Shown: positions 15,001 through 27,000 of the stretch, piece by piece | Layout: the number at the start of each line of letters is the position of its first letter | Position numbering within the stretch: position 1 is the stretch's first letter | DNA from: Bugula neritina | Lineage: Eukaryota > Animalia > Bryozoa | NCBI GenBank assembly: GCA_964035545.1 | Contig: OZ037767.1 | Span: 28,288,628 to 28,352,627 of the forward strand | Direction: 5' to 3' | DNA length: 64,000 nucleotides | Notes under the pieces: generated by a model | Told to the model about the DNA's origin: nothing | Seen by the model: the letters and a program-made list of their open reading frames with translations, nothing else | Database searches by the model: none | Made by a program: the position numbers and the translations under genes

Positions 15001-18000
15001 TTACTATTTAAAAGGTAGCTTAGGTTCTTCCTTTGGTAACACCAAGAAAACAGATGAAAGGGTAACTCCAAAAACTTCTATGTGGTAGAACATGCAACCT
15101 TTTAAAATTGCAATAAATTGTATAATAATCGGGTTTGTTAGCAGTAAAAACTTATTCAACCAACTATAATCAAAATCAACACAGTCGTACCTGTGCCACT
15201 ACCAGTTGAACTGCTAGTTAGACTCTCAGTGAGACTGTCAGTTAAACTGCTAGTTAGACTCTCAGTGTGACTACCAGTTAAACTGCTAGTTAGACTCTCA
15301 GTGTGACTACCAGTTAAACTGCTAGTTAGACTCTCAGTGACATAGTGCATACTAATGTGTTCTAGTATATACTGCAGTTGAAGCAATGTGAATGTGTAGC
15401 CATTGTTGTGCATTGAATCAATTATAAACTTGTATTTTGTTTTCAATGATCTAGTTATAGCAATCACAGCTGACACTACAGGAGCTGAGGCTACAAACTC
15501 TGCAATGATAGCCTGAGAACTATTATACAATCAAGGAGGAGACAACTGTTAGAACCGACTCACCTCTTTGGGGGGATTACTGACTGGTACAATCTAAAAT
15601 AGAAAAAATAAAATAATTTAGGCAAACAGATATACAAACTAGTGCCGATGCTTCAGTTTCTAAACCACCCTATACTAACATGCAATTTGCTTCCTAAATT
15701 GGGATAAAGACTGAGAGAAAAAGTTGGTTGAAGAGTGACTAAGAAGCTGCCTTGGCAGCTAGTGTATATTGTTGGCTAATGTTCTGTGGATATATGTAGG
15801 AATTAGTCAGCATTGGAAGATATCATCACCAGTTTCAGAGCTAGGAGTTTATTACTGCAGTGTGACAAAGCAATTCTGCCTACTGTGTATGAATCAGGCA
15901 GTTTGCTAAGTTAATATCAATATAGAAGTTGATTAGCTGTAGTGATCTAACTAGAGAGAGTATAATTCCCAAATCATTGCTTTTCAGCCAATATACCTGC
16001 ATATTACAGCATAGCTAGCTGTCACAAATTCTGAGTGTACATATACCTATAAATAGACTTACCGGGTTTTTCCTAATGATTATACAGGAATGTTCATAAA
16101 TATTCTAGACTAATCAAAGAGATGGGTCATTGTTCATTGTTACTGTTTTGGTTAGTCATGTTAACTACTGCCCAGCAATGTAAACAAGGTATTGCGCAAT
16201 AATTGCGAAATAACCATGGAAATTCCAATGTTTTGTTTTGTTTTGATTTTCTATAAATAGTATTGGCATGTGGAGAATGTTTTCTACTAGAATCTTCTAT
16301 ACTGGAATGCTTGAGAATGTTCTAGAGTGTTTTGTTTACTATAAATACTGAGGCAGTTGTGTTTACGAATCAGTTCCTTTTTATAAGTCCATTCTTGGAG
16401 TTCATTTTTATTAATTCATCTGTGCATATCTTACTAAAGAAATAAAGTCTACTCTATTTACTCTCAACTGGATTAGCAAGCTGTATGCTACTTGTCTCTA
16501 TACTTCTGACTACCAGACTTTTCGAACTCGTCACACTGCTACCTACAGTTTTGTGACAATTGGGGGCTGCTCCGGGAAGTCTCAGTCGCACACAGGGAAG
16601 TTATTAGTTACAACGTGAGTATACACAGGATTAATTAACAGTTGTTGAGACATTATGGCGTTGTTGGAGAGAGTGACACAGATGGGTAAAGACCTTGGGT
16701 TGGTGGAGGACAAGCTTATAGCTTTTGTTGAAAAGAACCTACCCATTGTTGCTGCACAAGAAGAAAAAGAAAAGGACCGAGAGGAACGTAGATTAGAGCG
16801 TGAGGCAGAAAAGATCAGGCAAGAGAATGAGAAAGCCTTAATGGAGATGAAGATAAAAGCTGATCAGGAGGCAATGGCACTCAAGGTTAAAGCTGACCAG
16901 GAGGCAGAAGAGAGAAGACAACGACATGAATTAGATATGGAAAAGCTGAAAGCTGACACAAGTTTGGAGCACTCAAGACATGAGAGCACCAGGTTAGAAA
17001 TAGCTAACAAACCAAAACCAAAAATACCATTCTTTGATGAGAAGGTGGACGAAATGGATAGCTATTTAGAGCGGTTCGAGTGGGTTGCCGAAGGATGTAA
17101 CTGGGACAAGGGAGATTGGCCCTACCATCTCAGTCAGTACCTAAGGGGTACAGCAACAGAAGCTTACATCCGGTTGTCACCTACCGATCGTAGAGATTAT
17201 AAAAGAGTCAAAGAAGCCTTGTTGGAGCGCTTTAACTTGACTCAAGAGGGCTACAGAAAAAAGCTCAGAGAGGCAGAAGCTTACGAGGATGAAACTCCTG
17301 CCCAACTATTCACTAGGATAGAAAGTTATGTGCACAAGTGGGTGGAGCTTTCAGGGGGCATGGACATAGCCAAACTAGTGGCGACTGAACAATTTATATC
17401 ATCATGCCCAGACGACCTAGCTGTGCATTTAAAGCAAAGTTCCTACAACAGTAGTGAGGATATGTGTGATGCAGCGTCACTGTTCTTGCACGCTCGTGGA
17501 AGGAAACTAGCAAAGACAAAGAAAACTAATACAAAAAGGATGGAAAACACACCTGCCGATAGCATGAATGCTGAACAAGGAAGTAAAAGCAATGGTGCAT
17601 GCTTCATCTGCAAAGATAAGTCACACATTGCTCGTAATTGCCCACGGCGAGGGAAGAAGTACTGTTCGCATTGCAAGATGAACAACCACAATACTTCAGA
17701 CTGCAGAAAGTATGGTGGAAGGTCAGTGCATGCTGCTGCTGCAATAGCAACTACTCAGAATAAGACTATGGTCACAGATCCAGGAATTTCATCTAAAGTG
17801 GAAGAACCTACGGAAATCACAGTTAATGGTAAAAAGTTTGTCAACACTGCTGTCTGCAAGAATGGACCTAAATTCAAAGATGGGGGCACAGCGATATTTG
17901 ATGCGGAAGTTAATGGCCAACGAGCTACTGTAATGCGCGACACCGGCTGTGGTTGCATTGTAGTCAATGCAAAGTATGTGCAACCTCAACAGTTAACTGG

Positions 18001-21000
18001 AGAATCAGTTTATCTGAATATGGCTGATGCAAGTGTTAGGGAGGCTCAGTGGGCACTTATCTCAGTACGCTCACCATTTTACAATGGTGTCGTCAAAGCT
18101 GCAGTAATGGACAAGACGATTTGTGACCTGCTTATTGGGAATGTGGATGGAGCGAGATCAGCTGACCAGCCGCTGGAAAACTGGAAGGACTGCGCCGTAA
18201 CCACAAGAGCTCAAGCTGTCAAGGAAAAGTCAGGAGACAAACCACTGATGGTTGATTCAAATGCTAACCCATTAAGTATAGGGAAAGATGAGATAGCCAA
18301 AATGCAGAGGGATGACCCCACATTGGAGCGTTTCTTCGATGCAAAAGAAGTGAAGGAGAAAAAGGGAGGCATCACTAGGTTTGTGGTGAGGAATAAGATT
18401 CTGTACCGTGAGTACACCGACTCGAAGTCTGTCAGTGTAAAACCTGTTAAACAACTCATGGTACCCAGTTCACTGAGGAAGGAAGTTCTACAGAAAGCTC
18501 ATGACTGCATAATGAGCGGACACCTAGGAGTAAAGAAAACCACTGATAGAGTGCTTTCCAACTTCTTCTGGCCAGGACTAAACGGAGATGTCGTACGTTT
18601 CTGTCAATCATGTGACATTTGCCAGAAGACGGTGAAAAAAGGCTCAGTCATGAAAGTTCCAGTACAGGAAACTCCACTAATTGACACCCCATTCAAGAGA
18701 TGTGCAATAGACCTAATCGGACCAATTAACCCTCCAAGTGAGAAAGGACACCGCTACATCCTAACTTTAGTTGACTATGCTACAAGATATCCTGAAGCTA
18801 CACCATTGAAGAACATTGACTCAGCTACTGTAGCTGAAGCGCTGCTTGACATATACAGTCGTGTTGGGATACCAGAGGAGGTGATAAGCGATCAAGGAAC
18901 TCAATTTATCTCGGACTACATGAAAGAGTTTACCAGATTACTTGACATGCGACAACTTCCTACCTCACCATACCATGCAATGGCCAATGGACTTGTGGAA
19001 AAGTTCAACGGAACCCTCAAGAGTGTGTTAAAAAAGTTGTGTGCTAAAGAGCCAAGACAGTGGCATCGGTTCATCAATGCGGCTCTATTTGCATATAGAG
19101 AAGTCCCACAGGAATCAACAGGCTTCGCCCCATTCGAGTTACTCTATGGAAGAACTGTGCGTGGACCAATGTACATCCTGCGACAACTTTGGACAAAAGA
19201 AGACACTGCCGATGAAGTCAAGACCTGCTATCAACATGTTTTTGAATTGAGAGAGCGTTTAGATGACATGATGGAGATGGCACTAGCTTCGCTAAAAGAC
19301 AGTCAAAAAAGATACAAACACTATTTTGACAAGAAAGCTAAGCAGAGAGACTTCAAATCTGGTGACAAAGTGCTCATTCTTTTACCTACGGATGGAAATA
19401 AATTGCTGATGCATTGGCAAGGACCATTCAATATTGAGGAGAAAGTCAGACTAAATGACTACATCATCAACATTAAAGGCAAGAGGAGAACATACCATGC
19501 CAACATGCTGAAGAAATATTTTGAGCGGGAGACGCCTACCGACTCTATGACTGTTGGAGCTGTAATGACTCTAGATGCTGCTGGTGCTGGAATTATTGAT
19601 CACGATAAGGAAAGAGAAGAATGCGAAGATAATTTGTTGGACCTGTACAGTAATAAACAGCAGAGTGATGAGATGGGCTATGTATTTACAGAACTTCATA
19701 ATCAAGGTGGAGTCAACAAGAGGAAAGGACAATGTTGGAGCCGATTATCTAAGCCGAATTGACTCAGAATTTTAAGTAGTAAGGAGAAATTATCAAGATA
19801 ATTTCTCTTAGAATGGGGGGTTGTCACAAATTCTGAGTGTACATATACCTATAAATAGACTTACCGGGTTTTTCCTAATGATTATACAGGAATGTTCATA
19901 AATATTCTAGACTAATCAAAGAGATGGGTCATTGTTCATTGTTACTGTTTTGGTTAGTCATGTTAACTACTGCCCAGCAATGTAAACAAGGTATTGCGCA
20001 ATAATTGCGAAATAACCATGGAAATTCCAATGTTTTGTTTTGTTTTGATTTTCTATAAATAGTATTGGCATGTGGAGAATGTTTTCTACTAGAATCTTCT
20101 ATACTGGAATGCTTGAGAATGTTCTAGAGTGTTTTGTTTACTATAAATACTGAGGCAGTTGTGTTTACGAATCAGTTCCTTTTTATAAGTCCATTCTTGG
20201 AGTTCATTTTTATTAATTCATCTGTGCATATCTTACTAAAGAAATAAAGTCTACTCTATTTACTCTCAACTGGATTAGCAAGCTGTATGCTACTTGTCTC
20301 TATACTTCTGACTACCAGACTTTTCGAACTCGTCACACTGCTACCAACAGTTTTGTGACACTAGCTGACCAACATAGTGTCATTATAATAGCCTTCAAAG
20401 ACACAACTTTTTAGTAGGTGACACTTGAGCAGGATATACATACACCTAATACATGTATTTTACACAAAAACTACTGTAGTATACAATGTAACACTACAGT
20501 AGTATACAATGTAACACTACAGTAGTATACAATGTAACACTACAGTAGTATACAATGTAACACTACAGTAGTATACAATGTAACACTACAGTAGTATACA
20601 ATGTAACACTACAGTAGTATACAATGTAACACTACAGTAGTATACAATGTAACACTACAGTAGTATACAATGTAAAACTACAGTAGTATACAATGTAACA
20701 CTACTGCAGTATACAATGTAACAATACAGTAGTATACAATGTAACACTACTGTAGTATACAATGTAACACTACAGTAGTATACAATGTAACACTACAGTG
20801 GTGTACAGGGGTACAACAGTGGTGTACAGGGGTACAGTACAAAGTACAGAGGGGCGTGTGCAATGAAACATGCGCCTACACCTCTCATAATTAAGGTAGG
20901 GTGTTCAGGAAGCCACCCTGAAGATTACAACAATTAATTTTAAGAACACAGCAACAGAAACTATGAGGGAAACTATAAATGGTACATGGAAATATCTAAA

Positions 21001-24000
21001 ATACAAAGGCAAACATAAGAATGTGCTAGTAACAGTTTTAATGACAGGAATAGGATAGTATTGTCAACACTTTGGCCTTTTGGCAACTACATCTAGACTT
21101 AGCTCATTATTTTCTTAATACATTATCTTGTCATCAAAATCTAGGCATGTTGATGTAAAAAATGTGCACAAGAACTAAACTGACCAGGAAAGCTGCCAAC
21201 AAATGGAATAACACCAAGCTGTTCACAGGCACAAAGAATTCATTAAAGATAAAAACTATACAACATAAAATTTTTAGAGCGTTAGGTCCTGCATGGTAGT
21301 TGTGTAGCAAGTAGCAAGATGTACTACACAGTATAAGATATGATATACTACATAACATATGATATACAGTATAACATATAATATACAGTGCAACAAAGTG
21401 TAACGGAGTACAATATATCATATGCTATAGAGTATAGAGTGTATAGAATGTAACATATGATACTAACATATCTGTCCATCCACCAGACTTAGAGTAACTA
21501 ATTAGAATATGAAATAATCTCACAGATTTGCACCTAATTTATAAATCATGTACCCAGCAAATGTCAGCCAATTCCAAACTTGGACACCTCAAACACAGCC
21601 TTTGGATTACTGACTGAAAGGGGGGGGGAGGGAGGGGGGGACTGAGAAATACACCAAGACTAAGCCAGCATAAACTACTGCACTGACTACCAGAGTTAGC
21701 AATGAGAGGATTGAGTACAACATAAACAGTATTGACCACAACAGACCCAGTGCTAGAAGAACCAAAATAGGGTGATGAAACCCAGGCTCTAACTGCATAG
21801 CTTGCATCGAGAGAACAACTCCTTGTGCTAGAACATTAGCAACCTAATCTATCCTCTTGACCTTCATATGAGACTTGTGGTTTACACATCACATTGTACA
21901 GAATGCAGAATTCTTACTCCAATTGTCTGGTAAACTGAAATAACTTAGCAGGGGCCAGTTACCAAGTGAGGGATGAAGGTAAAAATAAATTTTACAAGGA
22001 TTTCAGAATGTAATCCCAGCTGGTACAGTGAGCCAACAGAGAAACAATTGCGACTAGCTAACATTCTAGTCTTGGAAAATAACCCTGAGATGTATCCATA
22101 AGCCATGAAGGTTGAATAACAGACGCAGTAGTGAGTAGTGATAGTCGTACAACTTGTAGTGATACGGATAGCTTCTTCACCAAGAAGTAGTGAAATATAA
22201 AGTGAGAAATAAACTTGATACAATATAGTATAATATAATCAGTGGAAGAGAGGAATAACCTACTTGCTCCATGTCCTGACAGATGGCACAGTTCATAAAC
22301 CTGCACCCGCTGTTGATGAATCCATTTTTACCTGCTGTATCAGGCACTATGCTTTTTGCATCCAGTGCACTTTTTATACCATTAGTAAAATTTTCCAGTA
22401 ATAGTTGATGAGAACCGTGAACGGCCATTTCAAGAAACGCTGCTAGGAAAAATATTATAGTAGAAAGGAGAACAGACAACTCTTCAGATGTGAGGTGATG
22501 GAATCAACTAAATAGTAGCACTGCAAGCTAACCCGACACTACTTCAACTGAACACAATGAAGACGCCACTTCTATTTTATTATAGCCGTGCTTTTTGACT
22601 ACCCAGTGACAGTTGAGCGTGCGAGCTAAAAATAGTCACAACTCTAGGCAACTCAGCGAGTGCCTGGATGAGTGATAATAAAATACTCCAGTGTCATGCC
22701 AACTGTACAAACATTATTCAAAATAGGTAGTATTAGTCAGTGTTGAAAGCCGATGCATGCATATAAATATGCTACTTCTTTTTGTTCAAATTACGAGCTA
22801 GGCTGTCAAAATTATATTTCAGCAACTAGGCTATCAAAGTTTAGGAAAAAGCAAATCCATAGTGGAGGGTGGGGGTGGGGTGAAATGGCCTTCTCTATAT
22901 TGGAGAAGAACAATAAAGAACTGCACTGTAACAAAATTATTGCTCTATTTCAAACCTAAAAACCAAAGAGGAATTTCTTGCAGCCTTCAAGTTCAAAGGC
23001 CGTTGCAGTTTTTGTAAAACAACAGCTTTTTCTACCAAGTTGTTTTGAAAGCCTGTCACCACTCAACATGACACAAACAACCAGTCAACACCATGCCTTT
23101 GATAACGACCTTGCTTCAGCCATGAACTGCTGTATTTCAAACCAGCTAAAAGGGAACATGTAACCCGGCTTGCTCGGCCATGGATTTTAACCTTATACAC
23201 TTTATAGGCAGTAGGAGTTTGACTGACCCTACACAAGGCCACTTGTTTACAAAACCTGTCTTGATAATAATGAACTAACTGGATAGTAAATAAAGATACA
23301 GGGTTATCCTGAACTTTGGAATATTTAAATAGTGAATCAGAGAGGTGAAAGAGTTGTGAGTGGAAGGACCGGCTTTAGTTTTAACTGAGATATTATTCAA
23401 GCAAATTAGCTATGAAGTTGATGATGAAAAAAACAATGATTGATTGAACTGATTGGTTATAATGTTAAAGATATTATAATTCATGTTATATATGTATTAC
23501 ACTATATAGAGAGGAGTCATGGTCTAATAACTCTAGTCACTAGTGCTTAGTAAACACAAGGTCAGTGGTGATTTTAGGAAGGGCATTCATCATACTGCCT
23601 CTTATTCACAATAGAAAACAAGGCCTTAGCCTGCTTTAAAAAACTCTTTCTACCAGGAATTCTCAGGGGAAGGGGACCATAAACCCACATGAGTTTTATT
23701 TATGTTACACATTGAATATGCTATAACTTTATAGTACAATTGTGCTAGCCAGCTAAAAACCTGCTCACCAACTTGTCTAATCAAATAAAAGAAGAGCGAT
23801 CACGATACTTCTATTGGGAAGATTTTTAAAACCTGGTTGCTATGGGTTTTTTTGAGAAACCTAATGCCTGATTTACTTTGATTTGGCACACAAAATGATA
23901 TAAAGGTATATATTATTATGCAGCTGTAAATATTTGCCAAATAAAGCTTACACGAGGAGACAAATCATGGCATACATAGAATACTTGTAGGAATCTTTCT

Positions 24001-27000
24001 CAACTATAGAGAAGAGAAAACATAAGTTAGTGAGAGGAGGGTGTATCTACATGAATTTAATACTTACCAAATCACACGGAATAAATGAACTAGCTCCTCT
24101 CTCTACAGCAGCATTTAGTTCTTGTAACTTTAGAGTTATCTTCTCCTTGTTTTGAATCTAGTAAATATATACATTATAATGATAGTAGCAGGGTAATAAA
24201 TGCAAGAGATGAGCCTACAAGAATGATTTGTTGTATTTAAAACACACAGAAACCATTAGAGTTCAACACCGTAACATATTAAGCAACATTTAAAGAAGTA
24301 ATTTTACAATTGGATTTATATTAAAACTTTCACCTTAAATGTAAAACTAAATAGTAAATGCTTGATTCAATTTTCACCAAAAATATATATATAATTAGTG
24401 CTTACAAATAATTTCATAAAAGTGGTAGAAAAATTAACAAATACTGCCATTATGGTAATTATTGTTTGTATTATATTATAATTTCATTTAGAACACTCAA
24501 CCTGCTACTTTGTGTAGAAGTAAATAACATAACAGCTGAGAATAATGGGGTATTCCAAAGAAGATTAGATTTAGGGTTGTAATAAAAGATAGCAATAACT
24601 GTAGGACAACTAGAAGTACAAGGGGTAGTGACCCTGCATTAGGTGTTATTTGTGGTTTTAAAACCAACATAGTCTAACAGTACTAACAGCCCAATACTAG
24701 AGAGTAAAAAGTTTTAATTGTTGAGCCCAGAATATCGTGAAGAGGCAACTCTGCACCCTCCCATATTAAGGAAGTTGTGTCCCTCCCATCTCAATCCAAC
24801 AACTACCAACCTGAGCTCAATGCAAAAATAGCAAGAAAAATATCAGAGACTAGATGGAAAGACAACTTCTTGTTTCTAAGATATTGAGTAGTTATTTGAA
24901 GTTAACTTACTAAAAGATGCACACTTTGCTATCATAAAGACTCAACTATATTACAGTGAAAAAGTTTTATAATTATAGTTACTGACATCTACTCACCAGA
25001 AATTTTGCAAACATTTTTATTCAACAAGTTCTCAAATTTTAACAAATGCAGTAAATAAAAGTAAACGGAACAAATAATATAAAAATAATAGTTATGAGAC
25101 ACAAAAAGTACTGGTTTACCTCAAATAGCATCTTCCAACCACTCAACTCTAACACAGAAGTTGAACTAAATCAGATAGCCTCACTTATAATATAATTAAG
25201 TTGCACTAGACAGTTCACTGAGGCTAATAATTAGACATTACATCAGCAATGTTTGTTCAACAGTTCACCTTGCGCTAATATTGATTTCCACAGATAGAAT
25301 AAAGGCTACAATACATGCCTTATAACACAGTGAGCTTGCAGAAATTATCAGAATGAGGGTATGGCATGTTATTCAATAGAGACATTGCATCAGCTTACAC
25401 AACATAACTGAATGGAATCTATATAACAAAGGCATCTAACAATATAGAATATAGAATGCTGTAGACTCAGTACTAACATAGACTTAAGATAGAGAGCACT
25501 TTTAGAATGGAAAGAAAATAGAATTTAATCATACCTATTTGAAGCAAAGAGGAGTGAATCGAATGTCCCAAACCCAAGTTATGACCGTATAATTAGAAAC
25601 CCAAGCCAAGCCACAGTAGATAAAACCTGTTTCCACCAGCTTACAGAGCCCCATTTAGATTTGCTTACATAACCAGAATTTTAAATTAGTAACATAAGCC
25701 AGTATAATCTCCACTTGTACAATATTATAAAACCTAGCAAGGACCATAGCTACTTGAACCACAACTCAGATGGAATTATTATCCCTCAGCAATATAGAGG
25801 CTAGGCCCTTCACGTCAATATGACACTTCAATTTTCAAACAACCTCCAAAGAAATCAAATAAAATCATTAATTTTCATAAAACTTTGGCTCAAGTGAAGT
25901 CGGCCAACAAGTCAGCAATTTCTTGCAAAAGCAGCTTTTCGGTAAAGAGTCTATGCATGCACTGCTATGCATTGACTATAATGTGCGACAATATTAAACT
26001 ATCTGTAGGTAAAAGAACTATGTTTCTCCCAATTTGGCACTACATTAGCTACTTTCAGTACATCACAGAGTGAATTTGAGGTGAAGTTAGACAGTGGAGT
26101 AGAAAACACTGCCCTACGAAGCTGGTGTAGCCTATCAATAGTAATATCATGATAGAAGTGTCATAACTCCATGGAATAAGTGAAATGAACAAAGTTAATT
26201 TCACATTTGTTGGAGAGGTGTCGGGAGGAAAACAGAAAGAAAACCAAATTGCCAAAAAAATCTCTAGTAGCTCCTTAAGAATAAAGATTTATGGAAGAAA
26301 ACATTCCTGTGAAAAAGTAACAGAAATAACCGACCAGCAATCTTCTTGTACAATGTAGACATTACACATACTGGATGAGGGAGTTGTCTTCTCCTATGTA
26401 CCTGAATAACGAGTAGTTCCACTCACTAGCCACCTTGGAGAAAGGAAGATTCCTCAGGTTACACTCAACGTTACAAATAGCCAAGCAGTGAAACTAATAT
26501 CACCAGCATAAAGGCCAACCAATACCCTTGCAAAACCTTCCAGAATACTCTGCACTTAGATGAGTTAGTGTTACACAACTTGAATAATACATTTAAACAT
26601 ATACACTCGGTGAACAGTTCTAACCCTACTGTAGACAAAAAGCTGCCGTTTGGGTGCGTAGGAATGGCAGCCAGCAGACAGACAGAGCACCTGCCAACAA
26701 GTGTCACGTTATTGCAGTTGACAAAAGAGCTAAAACCAACATCCAGGTGTCTGGAAACTGAACTGTACTTTTTACTACAGACTTTGATACCCAGTGTTGC
26801 AATTTATAAACATTTGCAGTCATCAATATTAATTACATCAGAAACACTAGCAACATATTTGTTGCGACAGGCAAACTATTTAGCCTTGTTCTATAAGCTT
26901 AGACTGTGTACCATAAGCTACCACCCTTTGGTTACACTTGTTCTGGTTTTGCTTTGTTTCTAGCTTTGCTTTTATTAAAAGGCAGCCCCCCCCCACCATA

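Larger units (their letters stand above)
16020..20360 (+). mobile_element. Gmr1-like Ty3/Gypsy LTR retrotransposon lacking RT (non-autonomous), intronic and antisense to Sestrin
   Basis: LTRs 16020-16558 and 19822-20360, both TGTCACAAA...TTTGTGACA; 5-bp target-site duplication CTAGC (16015-19 and 20361-65); PBS at 16561; polypurine tract GAATGGGGGG at 19811-19820. Confidence 0.97.

Noticed and set aside
14796-15530. ORFs with repeated peptides (TESLTSSLTG, LTQCKD)
   Set aside because: Translations of minisatellites.
17443-19250. Small ORFs overlapping the polyprotein
   Set aside because: Antisense or alternative-frame shadows with no recognisable motifs.
16655-19762. Domesticated host gene, or Ginger/Polinton-type DNA transposon integrase
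   Set aside because: LTRs, PBS, polypurine tract, target-site duplication, Gag, protease and an RNase H remnant all indicate an LTR retroelement, and near-identical LTRs show it is young.
21900-26960. Possible nested genes or TE remnants in Sestrin introns (ORFs at 22.0-22.5 kb and 26.5-27.0 kb)
   Set aside because: No recognisable domains or consistent exon chain; could be old TE debris but cannot be supported.
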